Shown: positions 45,094-56,005, numbered from the stretch's first letter. The stretch is DNA of 64,000 nt from an uncultured delta proteobacterium (GCA_963716725.1 CAVQUB010000011.1:256001-320000), one strand, 5' to 3'. Notes: generated from the letters alone by a model not told the origin. Made by a program: numbers and translations.

Positions 45094-47457
45094 TCACTCT
45101 CGCGTCTTGAGCACTCCAATCAAATCGAGCTTGTCGAGCCGACGACGCACCAGCAGGCCCGAGATCGCCGCTGAGATCAGCGCGACCAAGAGCGCGATGG
45201 CGTAGCTCCGCACCGTGATCACCACAGGCATGCGCCACTGCTCGGGATCGACGCTCGCCGCCACCCCCTCGACGAGCAGGCGACCGAAGACCAAGCCGAG
45301 AGGCAGGGCCAAGAGCACCTGCAGGGCCATCTCGCCCAGCAAAATGCCGGAGATCTCGCCGCGGGTGAAGCCCAGGACTCTGAGGCTCGCGAGGTCACGC
45401 GCACGAACTGAGAGCGCAACACGCGCGTTGTTGTAGACGACCCCGACGGTGATGGTAGCCGCGAAGAGCATGATGATGGCCGCCATGGTCGTGATCATGT
45501 TGGCGCTCTGGCTCTCGAAGCGCGCCAAGAGGTCGGCGCGGCGTGTGACGCTCACGACGTAGGGCATGTCCTTGAGCCGGGCATCGAGCACCTCGGACTG
45601 AGAGGGATCGACGCGCAAGAGCGCCATGTTCACTTTGGGCGTCTCATTCATGAAGCGCGCCAGCGCCTCCGCGGGCATGTGCCCCAAGAGCCCCATGGCA
45701 TCGTCCACAGTGCCGCTGACCACCAGCTGTCGCTTGCCGCGCTGTCCCTCGTGGATGTCCACTTCGATCCGATCCCCGGGGCGCACCCGCAGGATGTCCG
45801 CCAGCACGTCGGTCAGCACCACGCCGTCGGGCGGCATGGGCGCGAGCTTTGCGTAGCGATCGCGCAGCTGCCGCAGGTCTCCTCCCTCGGGATAACCGAG
45901 GATCGCGGCGTCGCGGTGGGAGTGACCGGAGCGAAACCGCACGGGCACGCTCCTGAGCCCCTCCACACTGAGCACGCCCGGGGTGTGTTGCAAATCGGAC
46001 AGCGCCCGGGCGGGACGCGCCTCGATGAAGGTGACGGTGACGTCCTCGCGCATGACCTCGTGGAACTGCGTGTGAACGAGCTCGCGCACGCCATCGTAGT
46101 ACCAGCCCCCGATCACCATCAGCCCGACGGAGACCGCGATGGCCAGCGCAGAAAAAACGGTGCGGAACGGGCGGCGCTGAAGCTCCCGCACGATCATGTG
46201 CAGCGACGGCCCGACCACCCGGGCGAGCCCCAAGATGTCGATCACGGATCGCCGGTAGCGAGCCGGAGCCGGCGGGCGCATGGCCTCGGCCGGGGGTAGC
46301 GCCACGACCCCCCGCACAGCGCCGAAGGCTCCCACCAGCGCGGAGAAGACACTCACCAGGACCGCGGCGCTCGCGCTCTTTCCATCGAATGTGAACGCGA
46401 GGTTCGGAAATTTGAAGTACGTCGAGTACAGGTCGACCATCACGTCGCCGAAATAGGCTCCCACTCCTACGCCGGTGCCCGCGCCGAGCACCAAGATCGC
46501 GAGCACGAGCTGGAAGAAGTGCAGCCCCACTTCCCAGTCCGAGTAGCCGAGGGCCTTCAAGGTGGCGATTTCGGGTCGCTGGAGGTGGACCAGCCGCGAG
46601 AGCACGACGTTGACCAGGAGCGCGGCGACCAAGAGGAAGATCACCGGCAGGATGGTCGAGAAACTCTCCAGCTGGGCAATCTCCCCGTCGATGGCCCAGT
46701 TCGACGGCTGTCGGCCCGCACCGTAGGCGCCGACGCAGCCGTAGGGCTCGAGCAAGCGGTCGAGCGCGTCGATCACCGCCCTCTCGCTGGCGCCGGGTTG
46801 CAGCTTCACCGACAGCGAGTTGAATGCGCCTTCCATACGGAAGGCGGCTGCCAGCGCTGCTTCGCCCATCCACATCACCGCGAAACGGGCGGGGTCGGGC
46901 GCGACCTCGCCGGCGGCGATGGCAAAGACGTACTCGGGGCTCATCACGATCCCGGCCACGCGCACGTCGCGCTTCTTGCCGTTCAAGACCACGGGCAGCT
47001 GATCGCCCGGCCGAACCTGGCGCGCGACCGCGAAAGACTCGAGCAGCAGCACTTCGTCGCTGCGCCCGGGCTCGAGCCAGCGACCGTCGCGAAGGTGGAG
47101 GCGATTGAGAGTCTGAAGCTCCTCGTCGCCCACTGAGATGACCAGCGCGCGCAGCGGTTCGGCCACTTCGGGCAGCGGCATCATCGCCGGCTCGACCACG
47201 CGCCCGTCCGCCCGGGACACTCCAGGGAGCTGTTCGATGCGAGAAAGCAGCGAGCTCGGCGCCCGCTCGAGGCCGGCGAACACGTCGCCGAAGCGCTGCC
47301 GCTCGTAGTACGCCGCCCGCGCCTCTTGGATCGACGTGTAGGTGCCGCGCAGGGTGACGAAGGCCGCGATGCCTGCCGCGACGACCAGCGCGATGGTCAG
47401 CATTTGGCCCTTGAGCCGCCAGAGATCACGCACGAGCTTGTGGTCCAGGGCCCTCAC
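45094..47457 (-). CDS. ABC permease, duplicated FtsX/MacB type
   Basis: Two FtsX halves ([26 protein letters not shown]). Confidence 0.92.
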   Translation of the reverse strand: MRALDHKLVRDLWRLKGQMLTIALVVAAGIAAFVTLRGTYTSIQEARAAYYERQRFGDVFAGLERAPSSLLSRIEQLPGVSRADGRVVEPAMMPLPEVAEPLRALVISVGDEELQTLNRLHLRDGRWLEPGRSDEVLLLESFAVARQVRPGDQLPVVLNGKKRDVRVAGIVMSPEYVFAIAAGEVAPDPARFAVMWMGEAALAAAFRMEGAFNSLSVKLQPGASERAVIDALDRLLEPYGCVGAYGAGRQPSNWAIDGEIAQLESFSTILPVIFLLVAALLVNVVLSRLVHLQRPEIATLKALGYSDWEVGLHFFQLVLAILVLGAGTGVGVGAYFGDVMVDLYSTYFKFPNLAFTFDGKSASAAVLVSVFSALVGAFGAVRGVVALPPAEAMRPPAPARYRRSVIDILGLARVVGPSLHMIVRELQRRPFRTVFSALAIAVSVGLMVIGGWYYDGVRELVHTQFHEVMREDVTVTFIEARPARALSDLQHTPGVLSVEGLRSVPVRFRSGHSHRDAAILGYPEGGDLRQLRDRYAKLAPMPPDGVVLTDVLADILRVRPGDRIEVDIHEGQRGKRQLVVSGTVDDAMGLLGHMPAEALARFMNETPKVNMALLRVDPSQSEVLDARLKDMPYVVSVTRRADLLARFESQSANMITTMAAIIMLFAATITVGVVYNNARVALSVRARDLASLRVLGFTRGEISGILLGEMALQVLLALPLGLVFGRLLVEGVAASVDPEQWRMPVVITVRSYAIALLVALISAAISGLLVRRRLDKLDLIGVLKTRE

Positions 47458-48197
47458 CAGCGGAGATCCTTGGCGCGCGCTCGCTTCTCGTTCCGCTCTT
47501 CGCTCCCCACAGACCCGTCGTGCAGGGTGACGACTCGGTCGGCCATGGCCGCCACCGGCGCGTTGTGGGTGATGACGGCGGTGGTGGTGCCGAGCTCTCG
47601 GTTCACCGATTCGATGACCTCGAGCACCACGATCCCGGTCTGGTAGTCGAGAGCGCCCGTGGGCTCGTCACACAGGAGCAGGTCAGGACGCTTGGCTACA
47701 GCCCGCGCGATGGCGACTCGCTGCTGCTCGCCCCCGGAGAGCTGAGCGGGAAAGTGATCCAGTCGCTGCCCGAGGCCGACCAGCTCGAGAGCTTCGGCCG
47801 GCGAGAGCGGATCGTCCGAGATCTCGGTGACCAGCGCCACGTTCTCCCGGGCCGTGAGGCTCGGGATCAGATTGTAGAACTGGAATACGAAGCCGACGTG
47901 CTCGCGCCGATACTGGGTCAGCTCCCTACCGCTCGCCGACGTCAGGTCGTGGTCCCGGTAGACGACTGTTCCACTCGTGGGCACGTCGAGGCCGCCCAAG
48001 ATGTTGAGCAGCGTGCTCTTGCCGCTGCCGGAGGCGCCGAGCAAGACCACCAGCTCGCCGGGGTACAGGCTCAGATCCACGCCCCGCAGCGCGTGCACGT
48101 CGACGTCGCCCATGCGGTAGACCTTGGTCAGATTTCGGCCCGCCAGGACGGCGGCTTCACCGGACGTGGGAGCGGGGGGCGAAGCGGGTGCGGCCAC
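47454..48197 (-). CDS. ABC ATP-binding protein (LolD/MacB-like)
   Basis: [37 protein letters not shown]. Confidence 0.95.
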   Translation of the reverse strand: MAAPASPPAPTSGEAAVLAGRNLTKVYRMGDVDVHALRGVDLSLYPGELVVLLGASGSGKSTLLNILGGLDVPTSGTVVYRDHDLTSASGRELTQYRREHVGFVFQFYNLIPSLTARENVALVTEISDDPLSPAEALELVGLGQRLDHFPAQLSGGEQQRVAIARAVAKRPDLLLCDEPTGALDYQTGIVVLEVIESVNRELGTTTAVITHNAPVAAMADRVVTLHDGSVGSEERNEKRARAKDLRW

Positions 48198-48275
48198 CGG
48201 CCCAGCATACCGGGCCGGAGTGCAGCGGCCAGCACCCAGGCGTGAACAACGCCCGAAAATGCTGCGTTGCGGGGA

Positions 48276-48689
48276 TCACCGGCCGTGGATGTGGCGACGT
48301 GCCGGTCGCGGTCGAATGCGCTCCGAGGCCTCGGGCAGTTCGAGCACGAAGGGGTAGACGACCGACCAGTGTTCCGGCTTGCCATCGTGGAGCGAAGTGA
48401 GAGCAGGAAACTGCCCACGCGAGAACGCACGGACGAGGCAGGACTCGGCGGCCCGCCCCAAGGGCGCTGCGCTTCGCTCCAGCGTCACCTCGCGAGCCTT
48501 GCGGTCGAAGATCGCCAGCTTCACGGCGTAACGACCCGCAGGCAGCGCGAAGCGATCCGCGCAGCTTCGAACGGCCGGCGAAGCCCGACGCAGGACGCGC
48601 AACAGCGGCTCTTTGGCGATGCTCGATGCGCCGACAGGAGCCACCCAGAGCGGCACTGTGAGCACCAGGAGGAACGCCGAGACACGCAC
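48276..48689 (-). CDS. Small secreted protein, AgmX/PglI-C/TonB-C-like fold
   Basis: Signal peptide; VRSC...SCL...FP...VVYPF pattern. Confidence 0.45.
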   Translation of the reverse strand: MRVSAFLLVLTVPLWVAPVGASSIAKEPLLRVLRRASPAVRSCADRFALPAGRYAVKLAIFDRKAREVTLERSAAPLGRAAESCLVRAFSRGQFPALTSLHDGKPEHWSVVYPFVLELPEASERIRPRPARRHIHGR

Positions 48690-48728
48690 TCTCTGAGGGA
48701 CAACCGGGAAGCGGCAGAGTTCCTCGAG

Positions 48729-50285
48729 CTAGTGTGGCGGGGTCAGCGGCGGCGCCCGGCGCGGCAATACGACGCGGAACACCGACCCCTCCCCCAGCCG
48801 GCTCGCAACCTCGATTCGGCCTCCGTGGGCGGTCACGATCTGACGCGTGATGTACAGGCCCAAGCCCAGGCCGCTCCGACCGCGGCCGGAAGCCCCACGC
48901 TCGAACTGCTCGAAGATGCGCGAAAGATCCGCTGGGTGGATCCCGATCCCGTGATCCTCGACGCGCAAATCGACCGCATCGTCGCCCTCGCACACCGCGA
49001 CCTCGATGGGCTTGCCTGCGCCGTATTTGAGCGCGTTCGAAACCAGGTTCTCCACGACCTGCTCGAGCCGCATGCCGTCCCAGGTTCCAACGAGGTCGCC
49101 TTCGGTGACGAACTCGAAGACCTGGTTGGTCGCGGCGGAGCCCTCGCGAGCGCGCTCCAGCACCTCTCCCGTCAGCTCGCCCAACGACACCGGGCTGCGG
49201 TCGAGCACCAGGTGCCCTTCCCTGATGCGAGAGGCGTCCAGCAGATGGTCGATCAGGCGCTCCAAGCGCTGGGTCTGGCGCACCGCACCATCCAGCTTGC
49301 GCCGGACATGCTCCTCGGGAGGGGCCGACTGCGAGAGGCTCTCGAGCCGAAGCTTGAGCGCGGTCAGCGGCGTCCGGAGCTCATGAGACGCGATGGAGAG
49401 GAACTCGTCCCGCGCACGGATCGCCTGCTTCAGGTCCTCCGAATCGGAGTAAGTGCAGAGCCAGCCCACGATGGTCCCGCTGGCATCGCGCTCGGGGAGC
49501 GCGCGGCAGGTATGCCAGCGCATCGCGCCGTCGAAGCCGCGCATCAGCCTGCATTCGATTTCGAACGCCTCCCCCGAGGCAACGGCCCGCTCCCAGGCGC
49601 GGACGAAGCGCCGCTTGTCCTCCGGATGCAGAGCGGCGACGAAACCCCGGCCACGCGATCGCTCGAAGCTCAGCCCCGTGTACTCGAGCCAACGACGGTT
49701 GCAGTACTCGAGGGCACCCTCCGGGTCGAGGGTCATCACCGCTTCGGTGATGGCTTGGGTGAGGTTTTCGTAGCGCTTCTCCGCGACCGCGCCGCTCTCT
49801 GCAGCCCGTGCGTGTTGCACCTTCCGGGTTGCGTCTCGGATGATAGCCGCCTGCTGTTCGAGTTGCAGTTCGCTCCGCCGGAGGCCGGCGTTGAGGCGCA
49901 CCTTCGCTCGAAGCACCGTAGGGTCCACGGGCTTCACCACGTGATCGATGGGAAAGGCCGCGGCGCCGCGGTACAGCTCGCCGAGGACCACTTCGCGTCC
50001 GACCAAGCAGATGGTCGGTACCAAGCTGCGACGCCGACGAAGGCCCAGCTGGAGCTCGCGGAGCTCAGAGTGCTGCGCGTCCACGACGATCACCGAACAT
50101 GGGCGCTCGGCCAGGCGTTTCAAGCCGTCTTTTGCCGTGCGCGAGAACACCGTCCGGTGGCGCGGCGCACCCAGGTGCTCGCCGAGCACCTGCTGATCTC
50201 GGCTCCGAGCCGCCACGATCAAGACGTCGATACGCTCGATCGCAGTGCGCAACGCCCTCGCCCGACGCCCTCTCTCCCCATGCAT
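48729..50285 (-). CDS. Sensor histidine kinase: degenerate REC + PAS + HisKA + HATPase
   Basis: SHELRTPL; NLVSNALKY; DHGIGI; GLGLGL; PAS YCNRRW...HPED; start uncertain. Confidence 0.9.
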   Translation of the reverse strand: MHGERGRRARALRTAIERIDVLIVAARSRDQQVLGEHLGAPRHRTVFSRTAKDGLKRLAERPCSVIVVDAQHSELRELQLGLRRRRSLVPTICLVGREVVLGELYRGAAAFPIDHVVKPVDPTVLRAKVRLNAGLRRSELQLEQQAAIIRDATRKVQHARAAESGAVAEKRYENLTQAITEAVMTLDPEGALEYCNRRWLEYTGLSFERSRGRGFVAALHPEDKRRFVRAWERAVASGEAFEIECRLMRGFDGAMRWHTCRALPERDASGTIVGWLCTYSDSEDLKQAIRARDEFLSIASHELRTPLTALKLRLESLSQSAPPEEHVRRKLDGAVRQTQRLERLIDHLLDASRIREGHLVLDRSPVSLGELTGEVLERAREGSAATNQVFEFVTEGDLVGTWDGMRLEQVVENLVSNALKYGAGKPIEVAVCEGDDAVDLRVEDHGIGIHPADLSRIFEQFERGASGRGRSGLGLGLYITRQIVTAHGGRIEVASRLGEGSVFRVVLPRRAPPLTPPH

Positions 50286-50444
50286 GCGTTCCCCCGCCGA
50301 TGCCGCTGAGCCGCCAGACCTGACCGCTCCCCCTTGGCCCAACGCCCAGCATACCCCGGGTCAGCGGCCGGGCGGAAGTGCTGCATGTCTCGGTTTGCAT
50401 CGCTCCGAGCACGCCGCGCACCGAACAAACCCCGGTCCGCGGAC

Positions 50445-50460
50445 CGGCATGCCGCTTGCT
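50445..50460 (+). promoter_or_regulatory. sigma54 -24/-12 promoter (CBS gene 1)
   Basis: CGGCATG-CCGC-TTGCT, GG-N10-GC spacing. Confidence 0.65.
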
Positions 50461-50473
50461 CTTGTTTCGAAGC

Positions 50474-50986
50474 ATGCTGCGCGTACTCGACGTGATGACG
50501 ACGTGGCCGGTCGCGGTGGACGTCAGTCTCGGCGTGATCGACGCCCTCCGCTTGGCTGAATCGTGGGGGGTGCATCACCTGCTGGTGACCTCCGATCAAG
50601 AGCTCGTGGGCGTGGTCTGCCGCTGCGACTTGGCCGAGGCCGGCGACTCCGAGCTCGTTTCCCGACGAATGACCTCGCCTTTTGTCTTCGTGAATCCCCG
50701 CGCGAGCATCGAAGCAGCGGCGGAAACCATGGTTGCCCAAGGGGTGGGCTGCCTACCGGTCCTCGACGACCTGGGGCAGCTCGTGGGGGTGGTCACCCGC
50801 CGCGATCTCAGGGTCGTGGGCGCGCTGCCCGGCTCGCCGGGGTTCGACGCTTGCGCCGCCTGCGGCGAGATGCACAGCCTGCGACGCCCGGCTCGGGGTG
50901 GCTGTGTGGTGTTCTGCGGCGAGTGCCTCGACCGGTCGCTGCCGCGGGACGATCACGCGGTGACTACGCTGGGCGGAAACGGCTGA
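50474..50986 (+). CDS. CBS-pair protein with C-terminal CxxC-CxxC zinc finger
   Basis: DVMT...HLLV...LVGVV; MT...CLPVLD...LVGVVTRRD; CAACG...FCGEC. Confidence 0.85.
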   Translation: MLRVLDVMTTWPVAVDVSLGVIDALRLAESWGVHHLLVTSDQELVGVVCRCDLAEAGDSELVSRRMTSPFVFVNPRASIEAAAETMVAQGVGCLPVLDDLGQLVGVVTRRDLRVVGALPGSPGFDACAACGEMHSLRRPARGGCVVFCGECLDRSLPRDDHAVTTLGGNG

Positions 50987-51074
50987 GGGCCCGACCCCCT
51001 CCCTTGACATCAGGCCCCCGGGACGCGATGTCTGGTCGTTGGAGGGGTGCGGTCCGACGGACCGCCGCCGAGGC

Positions 51075-52439
51075 ATGGCCATTTCACTGCTCTTGTTCGA
51101 CGAAGGCAACCAGGTGGCGCCCGCGGTGTTGAAGGCGCTGATGAGACGCTTCGAGCTGCATCACGCCTCGAGCCTGGACGGCGTCTCGGGCGTATTCAAC
51201 GTCGCGGTGGTCGGTCCCGGTGTGCGCGATGCGAGCGAGGCGTGTCGCCGGATCCGGCAATCCGGACTCGCTGCCCTCGTGGTCGTGCTCTCGGTGGGCG
51301 CGAGCCTGAAAGACGCGCTGGGCGCGATGCGGGCTCGAGCTACGGATTTCGTGCCGGATGGAGACGATCCCGAGAGCGTGATCGAGCGGATTGCTTCCTG
51401 CGTCGAGGACCGCGAGCTCACCCGAGAGCTCTCGCGCCTGCGGGCCGTGCCCGGGGGCGAGGTGTTGACCACCGACCTCATCGGCGAGAGCCCGTCCATG
51501 CGCCAACTGAAGAAACGACTCGACCGCGTGGTCAACTCGGACGTCACGGTGCTGGTCACGGGCGAGAGCGGTACCGGCAAGGAGGTCGTCGCGCGCGCTC
51601 TGCACAACCGCGGGCCTCGCCGGGATCACCCCTTCGTGGCCGTCAATTGCAGCTGCATTCCGCCACACCTCCTGGAGAGTGAGTTCTTCGGTCACGCGAA
51701 GGGTGCTTTCACGGACGCCACGCGGGATCACACCGGGCTCTTGCTGCAGGCTTCCAGCGGCACGCTCTTTCTGGACGAGATCGGCGACATGCCGCTCGAG
51801 CTGCAACCCAAGCTCTTGCGTGCGTTGCAGGAGCGCAGGGTGCGACCTCTGGGACACTCTCGCGAAGTCCCCTTCGATGCCCGGGTGATCGCCGCAACCA
51901 GCAAGAGCCTCGAGCGCGAGGTCATGGCCAAGCGCTTCCGGGAAGACCTCTACTTCCGCCTGAACGTACTCCAGGTCCGCGTGCCGCCCCTGCGCGAGCG
52001 CGGGCTGGACGTACTGCTCTTCGCGCAGCATTGCATCCACCGCGCGTCGAGCAGCTCACGTCCCATCGTTGGGCTCACTCCCGGCGCGGCTCGAGCCCTG
52101 CTCGCGCACTCCTGGCCTGGCAACGTGCGCGAACTCGAGCACTGCATCGTCTCGGCCATCGCCCACGCGACGACGGACCACATCCGAGCCGCAGACCTGC
52201 CAGCAGACCTTCAGCCGGGCCGATCCGAGGCGGATCCGGGCGAGTGCGAGCTCTTGCCGCTCTCCGACGTCGAGCGCGGCTACATCCTGTCGGTGCTCAA
52301 GTCGGTCGGCGGCAATCGCGCCCGGGCCTCCCAGCTCTTGGGGGTCGATCGAAGCACGCTGTACCGCAAGCTCAAGCAGTACGGTGCCGAGGACGAGGGG
52401 CGCCCCGAACCGGACACCCGCACCCACGCCCGCGTCTGA
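51075..52439 (+). CDS. sigma54 enhancer-binding protein with pseudo-receiver domain and Fis HTH
   Basis: GESGTGKE; GAFTDA; FLDEIG; WPGNVRE; GNRARASQLLG; REC has VAVVG where the phospho-Asp is expected. Confidence 0.92.
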   Translation: MAISLLLFDEGNQVAPAVLKALMRRFELHHASSLDGVSGVFNVAVVGPGVRDASEACRRIRQSGLAALVVVLSVGASLKDALGAMRARATDFVPDGDDPESVIERIASCVEDRELTRELSRLRAVPGGEVLTTDLIGESPSMRQLKKRLDRVVNSDVTVLVTGESGTGKEVVARALHNRGPRRDHPFVAVNCSCIPPHLLESEFFGHAKGAFTDATRDHTGLLLQASSGTLFLDEIGDMPLELQPKLLRALQERRVRPLGHSREVPFDARVIAATSKSLEREVMAKRFREDLYFRLNVLQVRVPPLRERGLDVLLFAQHCIHRASSSSRPIVGLTPGAARALLAHSWPGNVRELEHCIVSAIAHATTDHIRAADLPADLQPGRSEADPGECELLPLSDVERGYILSVLKSVGGNRARASQLLGVDRSTLYRKLKQYGAEDEGRPEPDTRTHARV

Positions 52440-52440
52440 G

Positions 52441-53826
52441 TCAGCGCCGCTCGCGCTCGAGATCGAGTCGTTCCAGCTTTCGGTAGAGGGTCGCGCGATC
52501 AATCCCCAGCTTGCGCGCAGCTTGCACCTTGTTGCCGCCGACCGCTCGGAGCACCACCGCGATGTGTCGCCGCTCGACCTCTTGCAACGACGTCACGTCG
52601 ATGAGCTCGATCTGACCGCTCTTCCTGGGAGATCGCACGCTGGTGGGGAGCTCGTCGAAGCCGATGCGTCCGCCGTTGGCCAGCGCCACCGCAGCACCTA
52701 TCGTGTTCTCGAGCTCACGCACGTTGCCGGGCCAGTGATACGCCGTGATCAGGCGCTCTGCCTCGTCGCTCAAGCGATGGCAGGTGCCGTCCGGATTCGA
52801 AAGAAAATGCCGTGCCAACGCCAAGATATCTTCTGCACCGCGCTCTCGGAGCGCCGGCAGATGCACGTGCAGCACGTTGATGCGAAAGTAGAGGTCCTCG
52901 CGGAACTGTCCGACGCGCATCGCGTGCTGGAGGTTCTTGTTGGTCGCAGCCACCACACGCACATCGCACTCACTCTCGTGGGCCGAACCCACCGGGCGAA
53001 TTTTTCGCTCCTCGATGGCGCGTAGGATTTTGGGCTGTAATTCCATCGGCATGTCACCGATCTCGTCCAGCATGAGGGTGCCGCCGTGCGCCTGCTGGAA
53101 CAGCCCGACTCGCGCTTCGGACGCGCCGGTGAACGCGCCGCGCGCGTGGCCAAAGAGCTCCGACTCGACCAACTCCCGAGGAACCGCGGCGCAGCTGAAT
53201 GCCACCAGTGGCGCGTCGCGCCGGTCGCTGCCCAGGTGGATCGCGCGCGTGGCGAGCTCCTTGCCGGTGCCGCTTTCTCCGGTGACCAGCACCGTGGAGT
53301 TGGTCGCTGCCACCCGTGCCAGCTGAGCCCGCACCCCGGCCATGAGCTTGCTGGGACCGATCAGGCCGTGCAGAGCTCCCTCGACGGGTTCGAGGGGTTG
53401 CAGCCTCACGGGAGGCGAACTCACCCGGTCCCGCCCAAGGGTCTTGTTCACGACCTCCGAGAGCTGATCCAGGCCCACCGGTTTGGTGATGAAGTCAAAG
53501 GCTCCCGCTCGGAGCGCGGCCACCGCCGACTCGACGTCGCCGAACGCTGTCATCACGACCACGGGAACGTCCGGGCGGTCCCCCGCCAGCGTGCGGCACA
53601 GTTCGATGCCGTTCATGCCCGGCATCTTGATGTCGGTCAGCACCAGGTCGAGCTCTGCGCGATCGCTCTCGCGGAGGGCGCTCTCGCCGTCGACCATGGG
53701 TACCGGGAGGTAGCCCAAATCGACGAGGGCGTCGCAGAGCGCGAGGCGCGTGTCCTCGTCGTCATCCACCACCAAGATGGTGGCCCCTCCAGCGGCGCCC
53801 GGAACGTGTTGCGTCTCGGGAATCAC
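52441..53826 (-). CDS. NtrC-family sigma54-dependent response regulator
   Basis: LVVDDD, LTDIKMP and ITKP; GESGTGKE; GAFTGA; WPGNVRE; HTH; start GTG 53826 is tentative. Confidence 0.93.
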   Translation of the reverse strand: MIPETQHVPGAAGGATILVVDDDEDTRLALCDALVDLGYLPVPMVDGESALRESDRAELDLVLTDIKMPGMNGIELCRTLAGDRPDVPVVVMTAFGDVESAVAALRAGAFDFITKPVGLDQLSEVVNKTLGRDRVSSPPVRLQPLEPVEGALHGLIGPSKLMAGVRAQLARVAATNSTVLVTGESGTGKELATRAIHLGSDRRDAPLVAFSCAAVPRELVESELFGHARGAFTGASEARVGLFQQAHGGTLMLDEIGDMPMELQPKILRAIEERKIRPVGSAHESECDVRVVAATNKNLQHAMRVGQFREDLYFRINVLHVHLPALRERGAEDILALARHFLSNPDGTCHRLSDEAERLITAYHWPGNVRELENTIGAAVALANGGRIGFDELPTSVRSPRKSGQIELIDVTSLQEVERRHIAVVLRAVGGNKVQAARKLGIDRATLYRKLERLDLERERR

Positions 53827-53894
53827 CGCCGAAACATCGAACGCCAACAATGCAAATGCAACTCCTGTCGCATTCTGCCCCACACGCGTGTTGC

Positions 53895-54266
53895 TCACGC
53901 GGAGCCGGCGGCGTGGGCGAGGAGCGCGAGCAGCGATTGAAGCGCCACGGGCTTGCTCAACGCGCCGGCGATGCGCTCGGGCAGCGCGACACCGGTCGTC
54001 GCTGCGGTCAGCACCACTACCGGGATCCTCTCGAGCTCCGGATCCGCCAGCAGCGCGCTCCGAAGATCCCAACCGTCCATCCGAGGCATCCACAGATCGA
54101 GGATGATGACGTGGGGCCGGTGACCGCGCCGGAGATAGCTCAGCGCCTCCTCACCGCCAGGTCGCGTGACGACCAAGTAGCCCTCGTCGCCCAGCACCTC
54201 CGCTAGGGCATCACGAATTTCGAGGTCGTCGTCGATGACCAGCAGCGTCAGTTGCAGCGCTGTCAC
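53895..54266 (-). CDS. Single-domain response regulator
   Basis: LVIDDD; ILDLWMP; LTA; LSKP. Confidence 0.9.
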   Translation of the reverse strand: MTALQLTLLVIDDDLEIRDALAEVLGDEGYLVVTRPGGEEALSYLRRGHRPHVIILDLWMPRMDGWDLRSALLADPELERIPVVVLTAATTGVALPERIAGALSKPVALQSLLALLAHAAGSA

Positions 54267-54306
54267 TCGGCGCCCCGGTCCCCGGCCACGAGGAGACGAC
54301 GATCCG

Positions 54307-54322
54307 TGCACTGCTCTTGCCG
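54307..54322 (-). promoter_or_regulatory. Possible sigma54 promoter upstream of the REC gene
   Basis: Minus strand CGGCAAG-AGCA-GTGCA, GG-N10-GC. Confidence 0.4.
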
Positions 54323-54328
54323 ATTGCA

Positions 54329-56005
54329 TTACGCCACGTCGATGTCGAGTTCCGCGGGACACAACCTCAACGCGACGATCCCGGGGCGCGCGCCGGAGAC
54401 GAAGCCGAGCGTCCCTGACTTCCAGCGGGTGAGTTCGTGCAAGCGCTCGGTCATCTGGCCGCGAATTTCCCCAAAAACCGTGCGTGCGCTCGCAACGCCC
54501 ATATCCACCAAAGCCTCTCCCACGCTGCAGTCCCAGCGGGCCGCGCGCTCGACGGCGAGCTCGATCGCGGGTCCAGTCGCATGCCCCAAGCGCACCAAGC
54601 GTTCGCCGAGCAACTCGCGTTCGTCGTTCGCTGCCACGAATACCGGCGCGCCGTCATCGAAGAACACCCTCATCTCGCGCTTGCCCGAGCGAGCGATCAG
54701 CAGGCCCGACGCTCGACGGTGCGTGAGCCGCCGCAACAAGTCGCGGGTCGCCGCCGGTGAGAGCGGGGCGCACTGGGGCAGCGAGGCCGGCTCACCGAAT
54801 CGATAGCCTGGCAGTCCGCGCCTGCGTTCGATGCTCGACGGCAGGGCTGGGTCGGCCTCGATCGACGCGCCAATGGCCACCGCCCGGGCAGCCCGCGCGA
54901 CCCGGGTGGCGAATCGGGACTCGAGGCCGGCGCCCGCGGGCAATGCCGCTCGGACCGGAGCAGGTCGACCTCGCGCTCGCGTGATCGAGCGCACGGTCGA
55001 ACGAAGCCCCGGTTGGAACGATTCTTCGTAGTCGCGCAACAGCTTCGCCAGCTGCACCCGACCTGCCGACACGCCGAGCTCTTTGCTCGCGCGCCCCAGC
55101 GCTCGGGCGAAGGCGTGAGCCGACGGATAGCGCTCCTCGCGGCGCTGTGCCAAGGCCCTTCGAAGCACGGCTACCAGGGCGCCCGGCACGCCGGCGTCGA
55201 TGCCCCGCGCGTACCCGCCGTAGTTGGCGGCGAGTGTCGCGAGCTCGTGGTCCCGAGCGAAGGCCCGACGCCCGGACAGGAGTTCGAGCAGCACCACGCC
55301 CGCGGCGAACAGGTCCGCGCGCGCGTCCACCGGTCTGCCAGCGAGCTGCTCCGGGGCCATGTACCCGACCTTGCCCTGGAGGGCCTTGGGCGACGGTGCA
55401 GGGGCGCCGCGGGTGATGCGCGCGATGCCGAAGTCCCCGAGCATCGCGTCGCCGTCGGGCGTGAGCAGGATGTTGTTGGGACTGACGTCCCGATGCACCA
55501 CTCCGAGGGCAGCGCCGTCGTCATCGCAGAGCTCATGCACCGCCGACAGACCGTCGAGCAACTGCTCGACGATGTGCACGGCAGCGGCAGGTCCCAGGGG
55601 AGTCGTCGAGCGATTGAGCAGATCGGAAACCGACGGCCCGGCGACGTATTCCATCACCAAGAAGGGTTCGCCGTCGAAGACGTCGAGCGCCAAGGTGTGG
55701 ATCAGTCGCGGGTGCCGCAGCCGCATGCCCAGCAGCGCCTCGTCCGAGAACATCAGGACGGTCTGCGGATTGGCGGCGAGCACGGGCAACATGCGCTTGA
55801 GCGCGACTTCCGTTCCGTCGGGCGCCGTGGCGTGCCAAACAGTGGCCATCCCGCCCCGCGCGATGATGCCGTGGAGCGAGTAGCCAGCGTAGCGTTCGAT
55901 TCGCTGTCGTCGCGACTCCACCGGCACCGACTCGCTGTCCGGCGGCGGCGGCTCGACGACGCGCAGCGGCGCCAGGCGACGAACTTGGTTTCCCCCAGCT
56001 GACAT
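54329..56005 (-). CDS. Cytoplasmic Ser/Thr kinase with C-terminal DUF4388-like domain
   Basis: RGGMATV, VALK, HRDVSPNN, DFG and YMAPE; C-terminal SGLLI...VFFDDG...LGERLV...WKSGTLGF. Confidence 0.9.
   Translation of the reverse strand: MSAGGNQVRRLAPLRVVEPPPPDSESVPVESRRQRIERYAGYSLHGIIARGGMATVWHATAPDGTEVALKRMLPVLAANPQTVLMFSDEALLGMRLRHPRLIHTLALDVFDGEPFLVMEYVAGPSVSDLLNRSTTPLGPAAAVHIVEQLLDGLSAVHELCDDDGAALGVVHRDVSPNNILLTPDGDAMLGDFGIARITRGAPAPSPKALQGKVGYMAPEQLAGRPVDARADLFAAGVVLLELLSGRRAFARDHELATLAANYGGYARGIDAGVPGALVAVLRRALAQRREERYPSAHAFARALGRASKELGVSAGRVQLAKLLRDYEESFQPGLRSTVRSITRARGRPAPVRAALPAGAGLESRFATRVARAARAVAIGASIEADPALPSSIERRRGLPGYRFGEPASLPQCAPLSPAATRDLLRRLTHRRASGLLIARSGKREMRVFFDDGAPVFVAANDERELLGERLVRLGHATGPAIELAVERAARWDCSVGEALVDMGVASARTVFGEIRGQMTERLHELTRWKSGTLGFVSGARPGIVALRLCPAELDIDVA

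Noticed and set aside
43861..48197. MacAB-like exporter as the RiPP export system
   Set aside because: It is 25 kb from the MNIO cluster, it is a widespread module, and the precursor has its own Sec-type signal
51076..51091. TGGCCAT-TTCA-CTGCT, GG-N10-GC
   Set aside because: It overlaps the probable start codon of the EBP gene and the -24 match is poor; likely chance
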